DNA of 64,000 nucleotides from Alphaproteobacteria bacterium (GCA_965232515.1 CBDDPY010000002.1:4832001-4896000), one strand, 5' to 3'. Numbered from the stretch's first letter, positions 20,493 through 30,945 are shown. The notes: generated by a model not told the origin, from the letters alone. A program made the numbers and translations.

Positions 20493-23000
20493 TTGGCCCA
20501 ACTGCCGCTCAGCCTGCGCTTGGCCCGCCGCGAGCTACGCGGCGGCCTGCACGGCTTCCGCATTTTCCTGCTGTGCCTGGCGTTGGGCGTCGCCGCCATC
20601 GCCGGCGTCGGCTCGCTGTCGGCGGCGCTGGTCGCCGGCATGAACGCCGACGCGCAGCGCCTGCTCGGCGGCGATGTCGAGCTGCGGCTCACGCATCGCG
20701 AGGCGGAACCCGCCGCGGTGGCTTACCTCGAGAAAACGGCGACCGTCGCCCGGTCGATCGAGATGCGCGCCATGGCCCGGGCCGGCGCCGACAAGCGCAG
20801 CCTGGTCGAGTTGAAGGGCGTCGACGGGCTCTATCCAATGTTCGGCGAGGTCGCGCTCAGCGTCGACCGACCGTTGCAGGACCTGCTGGCCGATGGTGGC
20901 GCCGTCGCCGATCCCAGCCTGCTGCGGCGGCTCGATCTCTCGATCGGCGACACCGTCCGCGTCGGCGAGGTGGACTATCAGATCCGCGCCGAGGTAGTGC
21001 GCGAGCCGGACCGTGGCGCCAACGCGTTCGTGCTCGGCCCTCGCCTGATGGTGGCCAAGGACAGTCTCGCCGCCACCGGTCTGATCCAGGAAGGCAGCCT
21101 GATCCGCTATTTCTACAAGCTGAAGCTGCCCGACGGCGTGGATGTCCGCACCTATCTGCGCGATCTGCGCCAGGCCAACCCGGAGGTCTATTGGCGGGTC
21201 CGCGACGTGCGCAACGGCGCGCCGGGGCTTAAGCGCTTCATCGACCGCATGCGCCTGTTCCTGACGCTCGTAGGGCTGACGGCGCTGCTGGTCGGCGGAC
21301 TCGGCGTCGGCAACGCGGTCAAGGCCTACATGGACGGCAAGACCGGCACCATTGCGATCATGAAATGCATCGGTGCGCCGGCCGACCTGGTGTTCCGCAC
21401 CTACCTGGCCCAGATCATGGCGCTGTCGCTGATCGGCGTCGCCATCGGATTGGCCGTCGGCGCCATTGCGCCGCCGCTGTTGGCCGGTCTGCTGGAACGG
21501 TACCTGCCATTCGAGGCTCGGATCGGCTTTTATCCCAAACCGCTGTTCCTCGCGCTGGTCTTCGGCCTTCTGACGGCCCTGGCCTTCGCGCTTTGGCCGC
21601 TGTCGCGGGCGCGCGAGGTATCGCCGGGAGCGCTGTTCCGCGATCTGGCGGCGCCGGCGGGCGGGCGGCCGCCGTTGGTGTATTTGGCGGCCATCGTCTC
21701 GACCTTCGTGATTCTGGCCGGCGTCGCCATTCTGACGGCCGAACAGCCCGGCTTCGCCATATGGTTCGTTATCGGCTCGGCGGGCAGCATGTTGCTGTTT
21801 CTCGCCGCCGCGCGCCTGCTGATCGGCGTCGCCCGGCGGTTGCCGCGGCCGCGCCGGCCCGGTCTGCGGCTGGCGCTCGCCAATCTGCACCGTCCCGGCG
21901 CCCCCACGGTCAGTGTGGTGCTGTCCTTCGGCCTCGGGCTCAGCGTCCTGGTCGCGGTGATGACGCTCGAAGGCAATATCGGCCGGCAGGTCCAGGACCG
22001 CATTCCCGAACAGGCGCCGGCCTACTTCTTCATCGACATCCAGCCGCAGCAGGTCGAGGACTTTACCCGCCTCGCCGCCGCCGTGCCGGGCGTGTCCGAG
22101 ATCCGCAAGGTGCCGTCGCTGCGCGGTCGCATCACAATGGTCAACGGCGTGCCGTCGGGGCAGATCGACGCAGCCCCCGAGGTGGCCTGGGCCTTGCGCG
22201 GCGACCGCGGCCTGACCTACACGGCCGAGATGCCGCAAGGCACCAAGGTCGTCGCCGGTGAATGGTGGCCGCCGGACTATGCCGGGCCGCCGCAGATTTC
22301 AATGGATGCGGAAATCGCCGCCGGCATTGGCGTTGGCATTGGCGATACGCTGACCGTGAACGTGCTGGGCCGCGACATCACCGCGCGCATCCACAACCTG
22401 CGGCAGATCGACTGGGCCAGCATGGGCATCAATTTCGTGCTGCTCTACGCGCCGGGCGCGCTGGAAGGCGCGCCGCACAGCTTCATCGCCACCGCGAACG
22501 CGCCGCCCGAGGCCGAAGCCGCGCTGGAAACGGCGGTGACCGACCGGTTCGCCAACGTGACGGCGATCCGGGTGCGCGACGCGCTGGAGGCGGCGAACCG
22601 CATTCTCGCCAACATCGGCATCGCTGTGCGCTCGACGGCGACCGTGACGCTCGTCGCCGGCATCCTGGTGCTGGCCGGCGCCATCGCCGCGGGCCATCGC
22701 CGGCGCGTCTACGACGCCGTGATCCTGAAGGTTCTGGGCGCGCGCCGGGCCGACGTGATCCGCGCCTACGTGCTGGAGTACGCGCTTCTGGGCCTGATCG
22801 CGGCCCTGCTGGCGGCCGTGGTCGGCACCTTTACGGCCTATATCGTGCTGACCGAGGTGATGGGCGCGGACTGGATCTGGCTGCCCGGCACGATCGCCAC
22901 GACCACGCTGATCAGCTTCGCCGCCACGGTTTCGGTCGGCCTGATCGGCACCTGGGCGGCGCTCAGCCAGAAACCGGCGCCGCTGCTGCGCAACGAATAG
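20493..23000 (+). CDS. FtsX-like ABC permease (YbbP-like)
   Basis: LARRELRGG, LLGGD, FFIDIQ; two permease repeats. Confidence 0.9.
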   Translation: MAQLPLSLRLARRELRGGLHGFRIFLLCLALGVAAIAGVGSLSAALVAGMNADAQRLLGGDVELRLTHREAEPAAVAYLEKTATVARSIEMRAMARAGADKRSLVELKGVDGLYPMFGEVALSVDRPLQDLLADGGAVADPSLLRRLDLSIGDTVRVGEVDYQIRAEVVREPDRGANAFVLGPRLMVAKDSLAATGLIQEGSLIRYFYKLKLPDGVDVRTYLRDLRQANPEVYWRVRDVRNGAPGLKRFIDRMRLFLTLVGLTALLVGGLGVGNAVKAYMDGKTGTIAIMKCIGAPADLVFRTYLAQIMALSLIGVAIGLAVGAIAPPLLAGLLERYLPFEARIGFYPKPLFLALVFGLLTALAFALWPLSRAREVSPGALFRDLAAPAGGRPPLVYLAAIVSTFVILAGVAILTAEQPGFAIWFVIGSAGSMLLFLAAARLLIGVARRLPRPRRPGLRLALANLHRPGAPTVSVVLSFGLGLSVLVAVMTLEGNIGRQVQDRIPEQAPAYFFIDIQPQQVEDFTRLAAAVPGVSEIRKVPSLRGRITMVNGVPSGQIDAAPEVAWALRGDRGLTYTAEMPQGTKVVAGEWWPPDYAGPPQISMDAEIAAGIGVGIGDTLTVNVLGRDITARIHNLRQIDWASMGINFVLLYAPGALEGAPHSFIATANAPPEAEAALETAVTDRFANVTAIRVRDALEAANRILANIGIAVRSTATVTLVAGILVLAGAIAAGHRRRVYDAVILKVLGARRADVIRAYVLEYALLGLIAALLAAVVGTFTAYIVLTEVMGADWIWLPGTIATTTLISFAATVSVGLIGTWAALSQKPAPLLRNE

Positions 23001-23088
23001 TCAAAACGGGCCAAAAACCCGTTTAAATACAACAAATTGTGTCGATATCCGGAAATCCGACGGATTGTTCCGTTCGGCCCCGGATTCA

Positions 23089-23117
23089 CTTGCAATTCGT
23101 TGGAATCATTCCAATAT
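23089..23117 (+). promoter_or_regulatory. Putative RpoH-type promoter containing an ICE-like palindrome
   Basis: CTTGCA-N16-CCAATAT; GTTGGAATCATTCCAAT at 23099-23115. Confidence 0.5.
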
Positions 23118-23159
23118 TATCCCCTGACTCACGGGTTTCTTGGCAACGAAGGGGTAACC

Positions 23160-23912
23160 ATGGCGTTCGACCCGAATAATCTGACCGCTGCTCGCATGGG
23201 AACGGGCGCCCGGTCCACGACGGCAGTGCAGATCGACGAAGGTCTGCGCGCCTACATGCTTCGTGTCTACAACTATATGGGTTCCGGCCTGCTGCTCAGC
23301 GGCATCGTCGCCTATCTGGTGTTCTCGTACGAGCCGCTGTTCTACGCGCTCGTGAATACGCAGACCGGTGGCTTGAGCGGGCTGGGCATGGTCGTGCTGT
23401 GGTCGCCGCTGGTCTTGCTGCTGGTGATGAGCTTCGGCGTCAACAAGCTCAGTCCGTCGGCCCTCCAGGGGATGTACTGGGCGTTTGTCGCGCTCAAGGG
23501 CGCATCGCTGTCGTTCATCCTGGCGATGTACACGGCTGACAGCGTTGTCCGGGTATTCTTCATCACGGCCGCGACGTTCGGCGCGATGAGCCTTTACGGC
23601 TACTCCACCAAGCGCGATCTGGCCGGGTTCGGCTCGTTCCTGTTCATGGGCGTGATCGGCCTGATCATCGCATCGGTCGTTAATATCTTCGTCGCATCGT
23701 CAGCCATCCACTGGGCGATATCGGTCATCGGTGTCCTGGTCTTTGTCGGCCTGACCGCGACCGAGACTCAGCGGATCAAGGCGGATTTCATCGAGTACCG
23801 GATGGAAGGCGGGTTGGCGACCAAGTCCGCGATCATGGGCGCGGTGATGCTCTACATCCTGTTCATCAACATCTTCCAGTTCCTCCTGATGCTCTTGGGC
23901 AATCGGGAATAG
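23160..23912 (+). CDS. Bax inhibitor-1/YccA family membrane protein
   Basis: IDEGLRAYMLRVYNYM, FGAMSLYGY.TKRDL, LY..FINIF. Confidence 0.92.
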   Translation: MAFDPNNLTAARMGTGARSTTAVQIDEGLRAYMLRVYNYMGSGLLLSGIVAYLVFSYEPLFYALVNTQTGGLSGLGMVVLWSPLVLLLVMSFGVNKLSPSALQGMYWAFVALKGASLSFILAMYTADSVVRVFFITAATFGAMSLYGYSTKRDLAGFGSFLFMGVIGLIIASVVNIFVASSAIHWAISVIGVLVFVGLTATETQRIKADFIEYRMEGGLATKSAIMGAVMLYILFINIFQFLLMLLGNRE

Positions 23913-23935
23913 CACTCGCAGCAGAGTGACCGAGA

Positions 23936-23968
23936 GGCGCCCGGCGGTTCGTCCGCCGGGCGTTTTTC
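23936..23968 (+). terminator. Rho-independent terminator
   Basis: GGCGCCCGGCGG-ttcgt-CCGCCGGGCGTT stem running into a T tract after yccA. Confidence 0.85.
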
Positions 23969-23978
23969 ATTGAAGAAG

Positions 23979-24353
23979 CTAAGCGGCAGTTCGCGAACGA
24001 GGTTCGCGGATCAGAACTTCCGCCGGGATGCTCAGTTTCTCGCTAAGCTTTCTGATCATTGGCAGCGTGAGATTGCGGCGTCCGGATAGCACTTCCGACA
24101 CACGGCCCCGGCTTCCGATAAGAGGTTCCAGGTCCTTACGCTTCAATTCCAGTTGTTCCATGCGAAACAAGATGGCGTCGATCGGATCCGGTGCGTCGAT
24201 CGGGAAGTATTTTGCTTCGTAGGCTTCGACCAACGTGGTTAGTACGTCAAGCCGGTCGCCCTCAGGCGTGTCGGGCGCGGCATTCATCAGCCCGTCAATC
24301 TCGGCAAGCGTCGCCTCGTAGTCCGCGTCGCTCTTAATCGGTCGTATTTCCAT
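23979..24353 (-). CDS. higA: HigA antitoxin (HTH XRE)
   Basis: IRPIKSDADYE, LVEAYE, PDPIDAI.FRMEQ, SRGRVSEVLSGRRNLT. Confidence 0.92.
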   Translation of the reverse strand: MEIRPIKSDADYEATLAEIDGLMNAAPDTPEGDRLDVLTTLVEAYEAKYFPIDAPDPIDAILFRMEQLELKRKDLEPLIGSRGRVSEVLSGRRNLTLPMIRKLSEKLSIPAEVLIREPRSRTAA

Positions 24354-24379
24354 TTGCTATGCCCTCGCGACAATCTTCC

Positions 24380-24676
24380 CTAGATCGTTTCGACATCTAT
24401 TCCGTCATATTCCCTGTGGGTGCCGATGAACCTTATGTAGATGATCCGATAAGCGTAATTGATACGCACGACCAGCCGATACTTGTTGCCAGCAATGTTG
24501 AACACGACTCTGTCACCCACGAAACTGGCGTTCCGATAGAGACGTTTGACGTCGGCGGGACCTGACCAATCCGCGTGCAAAGCCTCTCGATACCAGGCCC
24601 TCAACGGCCTTTCGCTGTCGCCTTTACCTTGCCGCTGCCAATGCTCCCGCAACGTTCGAATGGCGATTACCCGCAT
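24380..24676 (-). CDS. higB: HigB toxin (RelE-like mRNA interferase)
   Basis: MRVIA..TLRE.W, RVVFNIAGNKYRL, IRFIGTHREYD. Confidence 0.93.
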   Translation of the reverse strand: MRVIAIRTLREHWQRQGKGDSERPLRAWYREALHADWSGPADVKRLYRNASFVGDRVVFNIAGNKYRLVVRINYAYRIIYIRFIGTHREYDGIDVETI

Positions 24677-24682
24677 CAGCCA

Positions 24683-24711
24683 GTTATACAATGTTCCCAA
24701 TTTGGGATCAA
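24683..24711 (-). promoter_or_regulatory. Sigma70 promoter of higBA with palindromic operator
   Basis: Minus strand TTGATC-17 bp-TATAAC; TCCCAA-T-TTGGGA palindrome at 24695-24707. Confidence 0.75.
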
Positions 24712-24799
24712 TAGCGAGCGATAGTTAACGTCTTGGAATAACCGCGATTTAGCGTGCTACCTTTGAGGTCAAATTCCGTCCGTTGTGGGAGTTCCGTTG

Positions 24800-26278
24800 A
24801 TGCGCGTCGTCATCGCCATGATGAAGCACGAGACCAATACCTTTTCGCCCATCCCGACGCCCTGGGCGCGGTTTCAGGAATGGGGCGCCTATTTCGGCGA
24901 CGACGTGGTCACGGCCTACGAACAGACCAACATGACGCTCGGCGCCTACTTGAAGCTGGCGCGCGCCGCCGGCGCCGAGATCGTGACCCCGATCGCCGCC
25001 GAAGCCATGCCGTCGGGCATGGTCGAAGCGCAAGCCTATGACCTGATGTCGGACGCGATCTGCGAGGCCGTCGACCGGGGCTGCGACGCCATCATGCTCG
25101 ACCTGCACGGCGCCATGGTCGCCGAGACCACGCCCGACGGCGAAGGCACGCTGCTGGAACGCATCCGCGGGATCGCGCCTGAGACGCCGATCTGCGTGAC
25201 CCTGGACCTGCACTGCAACCTGACGCGGAAGATGGTCGACAACTGCGACGCGCTGATCGGCTACAAGACCTATCCCCACGTCGACATGTTCGAGGTCGGC
25301 AGCCAGGTGGGCGAGATCCTGTTCGGCATGCTGCGCGGCGAGGTCCGGCCGGTGATGGCCTGGAAGAACCTGCCGCTGTTGTCCCAGACCCTGCGGCAAG
25401 GCACCGACGACGAGCCGATGAAGTCATTGATCGCCATGGCGCGCGGCGCCGAGGCCACGGGCGAGGTGCTGGCGGCGACCGTGTTCGGCGGCTTTCCGCT
25501 GGCCGACATGCCGGACGCCGGCACGTCCTGCATCTGCATCGCCGACGGCGACCGGGCCAAGGCCGAAGCCGTGGTCGAGCGCATCCTCGACAAGGCCTGG
25601 ACCGAGCGCTCGGAGTTCGTCTACCGGCACGAGCCGTTGGACGAGGCCGTGGCCCGGGCGAAGGACCTGAAAGAAGGCCCCGTCCTGCTGCTGGACCATG
25701 CCGACAATACCGGGTCCGGCGGCACCCAGGACGTGATGACGGTGATCGCCGAAATCATCCGCCAGGACCTGGAGGACGTCGCCGTCGCCGCTGTCTGGGA
25801 CCCGGACGCCGTCGCCGAGATGCAGCGCGCCGGCGTCGGCGCCACCGTGACGTTGCAGCTCGGTGGCAAGACCGACATGCCGTCGATCGGCATGACCGGC
25901 GAACCGCTGACCGTCACCGGCACGGTCAAGGTGCTGACGAACGGCGAATGGACCGTGCGTGGGCCGATGTATCACGGCCTCAAGGTCTTCATGGGCCCGA
26001 CCGCCGTGCTGGACACCGGCAAGGTCGAGATCGTCGTCGTCTCGCGCCATCACGAGCCCTGGGATCAGGGCGTGTTCACGTCCGTCGGCATCGATCCGGC
26101 CTGGAAGAAGTATGTCGTGCTGAAATCGCGCATCCATTACCGCGCCGGCTTCGCGCCCATCGCCAAGCACACCATCACCTGCGACGGCCACGGCGTGACC
26201 ACCTCGGACAATTCGCTGCTGACGTTCGAGAACGTGCGCCGGCCGATCTATCCGCTCGACAACATCAACGAGCCCTGA
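24800..26278 (+). CDS. M81 family metallopeptidase (MlrC-like)
   Basis: HETNTFSP, LDLHGAMV, DGEG, LDLHCN, YPHVD, DNTGSGG. Confidence 0.92.
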   Translation: MRVVIAMMKHETNTFSPIPTPWARFQEWGAYFGDDVVTAYEQTNMTLGAYLKLARAAGAEIVTPIAAEAMPSGMVEAQAYDLMSDAICEAVDRGCDAIMLDLHGAMVAETTPDGEGTLLERIRGIAPETPICVTLDLHCNLTRKMVDNCDALIGYKTYPHVDMFEVGSQVGEILFGMLRGEVRPVMAWKNLPLLSQTLRQGTDDEPMKSLIAMARGAEATGEVLAATVFGGFPLADMPDAGTSCICIADGDRAKAEAVVERILDKAWTERSEFVYRHEPLDEAVARAKDLKEGPVLLLDHADNTGSGGTQDVMTVIAEIIRQDLEDVAVAAVWDPDAVAEMQRAGVGATVTLQLGGKTDMPSIGMTGEPLTVTGTVKVLTNGEWTVRGPMYHGLKVFMGPTAVLDTGKVEIVVVSRHHEPWDQGVFTSVGIDPAWKKYVVLKSRIHYRAGFAPIAKHTITCDGHGVTTSDNSLLTFENVRRPIYPLDNINEP

Positions 26279-26279
26279 C

Positions 26280-27602
26280 GTGCTGACCGACGCGCAAGGC
26301 CTCGCGGTCTCGACGGACAACCCGGCGACAATCGCCGCCATCGACCGCTTCGTGCACGCGGCGCTGGCCTACGGCACCGACTTCATGGGCGTGGTCGAGG
26401 CGCTGGAGGACGAGCCCGACAACGTGATGGCCGGCAGCCTCGCCGCCGTTCTGATGATGTTCTTCGAGGCCGCCAACTCGGCCGAGTTGGCGCGGCCCTA
26501 TCTCGACGCCGCAAGAAAAGGCGTGGACGGCGGGACGGACCGCGAGCGCGACTTCTTCGCCGCCACCGACGCTTGGGTCACGGGCGACATCGACGCGGCG
26601 CTAGCACGCCTCGACGGCATCACCGACGCGCATCCGCGCGACGTGATGGCGATGAAGCTGATGCAATACCATCACTTCAACCTTGGCCGGCCCGCCGGCA
26701 TGCTCGCCGCCTCGGCCAAGATCCTCGACGCCAATGCCGACAACGGTTTCGTGCTCGGCTGTCACGCCTTCGCGCTGGAGCAGATGAACCGGTTGGACGA
26801 GGCCGAGGGCTTCGGCCGCCGGGCGACCGAGCTCAACCGCGCCGATCCCTGGGCGCACCATGCCGTGGCCCATGTGATGGAAACCCAGGGCCGACTGCGT
26901 GAGGGCATCGACTGGATGGAAGACCTCGCCGACACCTGGGCCGACTGCAATTCCTTCATGCTCGGCCACAACTGGTGGCACGTGGCGCTCTACTACCTTG
27001 ATCTCGAAGACCATGCCCGCGTGCTCGACCTCTACGACAACCAGATCTGGGGCATCGACAAGACCTACAGCCAGGACCAGGCCAACGCAGTTTCCTTGCT
27101 CTGGCGGCTGGAGCTGCGCGGCGTCGATGTCGGTGACCGCTGGCAGGATGTCGCCGATCACGTCGCCGGCCGCACCTCGGAACATGTGCAGCCCTTCCTC
27201 GACCTGCATTACCTGTTCGCGCTCGCGCGCGCCGGCCGCGACGCCAAGGCGACCGAAATGCTGGACAGTATCGCGGCCCATGTCGAAAACGCGCCGCCGG
27301 CGGCGCGAAGGGCCTGGCAGGACGTTGCGCTACCGGCCGCGCGGGGCGTCGTCGCCTTCGCCCGCGGCGATGTCGAAGCCGCTTATCCCGACTTCGCCCG
27401 CGCCGAACCGCGCCTGCAGGAGATCGGCGGCAGCCACGCCCAGCGCGACCTGTTCGTGCAGACCTGGCTGGAAACCCTGCTGCGCACCGGCCGCGCCGCC
27501 GAGGCGCTGCCGATCCTGCGGCAACGTGCCGAGATCCGGCCATCGGCGCCGGCCAACCGTTGGCTCGAACGCGCGGTCCACGAAACCGGAGGAATCGCAT
27601 GA
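26280..27602 (+). CDS. TTC38-like tetratricopeptide repeat protein
   Basis: HPRD, WAHHAVAHV, HNWWH.AL, SLLWRLEL, IGGSHAQRD. Confidence 0.85.
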   Translation: MLTDAQGLAVSTDNPATIAAIDRFVHAALAYGTDFMGVVEALEDEPDNVMAGSLAAVLMMFFEAANSAELARPYLDAARKGVDGGTDRERDFFAATDAWVTGDIDAALARLDGITDAHPRDVMAMKLMQYHHFNLGRPAGMLAASAKILDANADNGFVLGCHAFALEQMNRLDEAEGFGRRATELNRADPWAHHAVAHVMETQGRLREGIDWMEDLADTWADCNSFMLGHNWWHVALYYLDLEDHARVLDLYDNQIWGIDKTYSQDQANAVSLLWRLELRGVDVGDRWQDVADHVAGRTSEHVQPFLDLHYLFALARAGRDAKATEMLDSIAAHVENAPPAARRAWQDVALPAARGVVAFARGDVEAAYPDFARAEPRLQEIGGSHAQRDLFVQTWLETLLRTGRAAEALPILRQRAEIRPSAPANRWLERAVHETGGIA

Positions 27603-28369
27603 CCGTCCGCCTCTACGCCATGACCTGCGGCTGGGTCACCATGCGCATGCGCGCGATCCTGGACGGCGAGGGCGATAAGGACAGCACGCTGGTCGTGCCG
27701 GTGCCGTCCTACCTGATCGAGCATCCCAACGGCCGGGTGCTGTTCGACACCGGTCTGAACCTGGCGGTCCAGCATGACTACGACGGCTATATGGGCGGGC
27801 TGACGAAATACATGCAGGCCGAGCTCAAGCCCGGCGAGGAGCTGGTGAGCTGCCTGTCGCGCCTGGACCGGGACATCGCCGACATCGACTATCTCGTCAA
27901 CTCGCACCTGCATTTCGACCATTGCGGCGGCAACGGCGAGGTGCCGAACGCGGCCGTGGTGGTGCAGAAGCCGGAATGGGAATACGCCCAGAGCCGCGAC
28001 CCGGAAAAGCCTACGGGCTACAAGCGTGAGGACTATGACCACGGCCAGGACGTCAAGCAGGTCGCGGGCGAGCACGACCTTTTCGGCGACGGCAGCGTCG
28101 TCTGCATCCCGACCTACGGCCATACGCCGGGCCACCAGTCACTGAAGGTGCGGCATGACGGTGGTGAGGTGGTGCTGGCGGGCGACGCCTGCTATCTGCG
28201 ACAGACGCTCGACAACCTGCACCTGCCGGCGATCGTGCATGACCGCGAGCAGATGTTGGCCTCGCTGCATGTCCTGCGCGGCCTGCAGGCCCGTGGTGCG
28301 CGCATCTACTACGGCCACGATCCCGAATTCTGGCAGACGGTGCCGCAGGCGCCGGCCGAAATGGTCTGA
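27599..28369 (+). CDS. N-acyl-homoserine lactonase family MBL-fold hydrolase
   Basis: LFDTG, SHLHFDHCGG, GHTPGHQS, GDACY, GHD. Confidence 0.9.
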   Translation: MTVRLYAMTCGWVTMRMRAILDGEGDKDSTLVVPVPSYLIEHPNGRVLFDTGLNLAVQHDYDGYMGGLTKYMQAELKPGEELVSCLSRLDRDIADIDYLVNSHLHFDHCGGNGEVPNAAVVVQKPEWEYAQSRDPEKPTGYKREDYDHGQDVKQVAGEHDLFGDGSVVCIPTYGHTPGHQSLKVRHDGGEVVLAGDACYLRQTLDNLHLPAIVHDREQMLASLHVLRGLQARGARIYYGHDPEFWQTVPQAPAEMV

Positions 28370-28372
28370 ATC

Positions 28373-29065
28373 ATGCCGCAAATCCGCCTCTTGAGCCTGC
28401 GCGACGGCGCCGAGGCCGCCACCGGCACTGTTATCATCATCGATGTGTTCCGGGCCTTTTCCACCGCTGCAGCGGCCTTCCACGCTGGCGCCCGCCGCAT
28501 CGTCATGGTCGACGACGTCGACCAGGCGCTTGCCCTGCGCGAGCGGGGCGTCGGCAGCCATTGCCTGGGCGAGCGTGGCGGCTTCAAACCCGACGGCTTC
28601 GACTTCGCCAACTCGCCCGGTCAGCTGCTGGCCGGCGACATCGCCGGCAAGACCCTGATCCAGACCACCACGAACGGCACCGCCGGCATCCACGCTGCGG
28701 CCGCTGCCGACCGCATCTACGCCTGCGGCCTGGCCAATGCGTCCGCCACGGCCGCGGCGGTACTGACCGGCAATCCCGAAACTGTCAGCGTCGTCGCCAT
28801 GGGCCGTAGTGGCCGCGCGCGTGCCGACGAGGACGAGCTCTGCGCGCTCTACCTGCGCAGCCGCCTGCAGGGCCGCGAGCCCGACCGCGCCGCGCTGGCG
28901 CAACTACTGCAGACCATGGCCCCGCCGCCGAACCCGGCCCTCATCGACAGCGGCGACTACCACCCCGACGACCGCGCCATCTGCGTCGGCGTCGACCGCT
29001 TCCCGCTGGCCATCGCCGTCCGCCGCGAGGACGGCCTGCTGGTGGCGGAAGCGGAGACGCCGTAG
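28373..29065 (+). CDS. 2-phosphosulfolactate phosphatase (ComB) family
   Basis: IIDVFRAFST, GERGG, NSP, TTNGT, DED.LCA. Confidence 0.88.
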   Translation: MPQIRLLSLRDGAEAATGTVIIIDVFRAFSTAAAAFHAGARRIVMVDDVDQALALRERGVGSHCLGERGGFKPDGFDFANSPGQLLAGDIAGKTLIQTTTNGTAGIHAAAAADRIYACGLANASATAAAVLTGNPETVSVVAMGRSGRARADEDELCALYLRSRLQGREPDRAALAQLLQTMAPPPNPALIDSGDYHPDDRAICVGVDRFPLAIAVRREDGLLVAEAETP

Positions 29066-29076
29066 CGGCAGCTTGC

Positions 29077-29163
29077 TGGATTGCCGGGTCAAGCCCGGCA
29101 ATGACGAAGTGATATAAACATCAACGACTTCATCGTCATGCCCGGACTTGATCCGGGCATCCA
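29077..29163. repeat. Inverted REP doublet (GTCAT..CCGG.CTTGA.CCGG..ATCCA family)
   Basis: Units 29077-29105 and 29135-29163 in opposite orientation, 29-nt spacer, between convergent genes. Confidence 0.88.
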
Positions 29164-29171
29164 CGACCGCA

Positions 29172-29957
29172 TCACACGAACCGCGCCGTCACCGATCCCA
29201 GGCCGTCGATTTCCGTCACCGCTGTCGCCGGTTGATCGATCCATTGCGTCGCCACGACCGAGCCGGTCATGACGATGTCGCCGGCGCGCAGGCCGCGGCC
29301 GGGATTCAGGTTGGCGAGCCAGGCCAGCGCTTCGAACGGGTGGCCCATGACGTCGCCGCCGACGCCCTCGCCGACGGATGTGCCGTCGATCAGCGTCCGG
29401 CCGCGCAGCCCAGTCAGGTCGAGCGACCGCCAGTCCATCGTTTCCAGCCCGTGCAGGCAGGCGACATGAAAGAAATCGTCCGCCGTCAGGTCGAAGGCCG
29501 TCATGGCGGTGTAGTCGTCATAGCGGTCGTCGACGATCTCCATGGCCGGCATCACGGCGCCGACCAACTCGGCGACCGAGGTCCGGTCGTAGGGGCCGTC
29601 GTCGGCATCGGCGGCCAGGCGAACGGCGATCTCGCATTCGACGCCGGCCCGGTGCGTGTCGGCGAGCTGGTAGGTCGCGTCGTCGCGGTGGATGCCCTGG
29701 TCGGTCATGCTGCCGGCGCACGGACTGTCGATCTTCAGCATGGCTTGCATCACCGGCGTCGTGCAGCCGATCTTCCAGCCGGCGACCGCGCCGCGCCCGG
29801 CGGCGGCGGCCAGACGGTCGTGCAGAACGGCCTGGATGGCATAAGCGTCCGCGGCGCTCGCCGGTCGGCAGTTGCTGGGCAGGATGCCGACCTTGCGTCC
29901 CGCGATCCGGGCCTCGGCCAGCAGGCCGGCGGCGTTGTCGATCCTGCTGGCGTCCAT
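29172..29957 (-). CDS. 2-keto-4-pentenoate hydratase / FAH family
   Basis: AYAIQ, GWKIGCT, VECEIA, MEIVDDR, GHPF.ALAWL, GDIVMTGS. Confidence 0.88.
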   Translation of the reverse strand: MDASRIDNAAGLLAEARIAGRKVGILPSNCRPASAADAYAIQAVLHDRLAAAAGRGAVAGWKIGCTTPVMQAMLKIDSPCAGSMTDQGIHRDDATYQLADTHRAGVECEIAVRLAADADDGPYDRTSVAELVGAVMPAMEIVDDRYDDYTAMTAFDLTADDFFHVACLHGLETMDWRSLDLTGLRGRTLIDGTSVGEGVGGDVMGHPFEALAWLANLNPGRGLRAGDIVMTGSVVATQWIDQPATAVTEIDGLGSVTARFV

Positions 29958-29968
29958 GGCAGCGCTCG

Positions 29969-30811
<843 letters not shown>

Positions 30812-30945
30812 AACGTCGTCCCCGGTTTGGTGATGACCGATCCTGAATGCGGATCATTGCCGTCGCATGTCGTGCGGGCGGCGTCTTCTCGCAAACCGCG
30901 CGGCGCGATGCAAACGAAATCCGGGGAGCAAACTAAGGGTATGCG

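Noticed and set aside
23004-23024. AAACGGG-ccaaaaa-CCCGTTT hairpin after ybbP
   Set aside because: Plausible weak terminator, but too short to call with confidence
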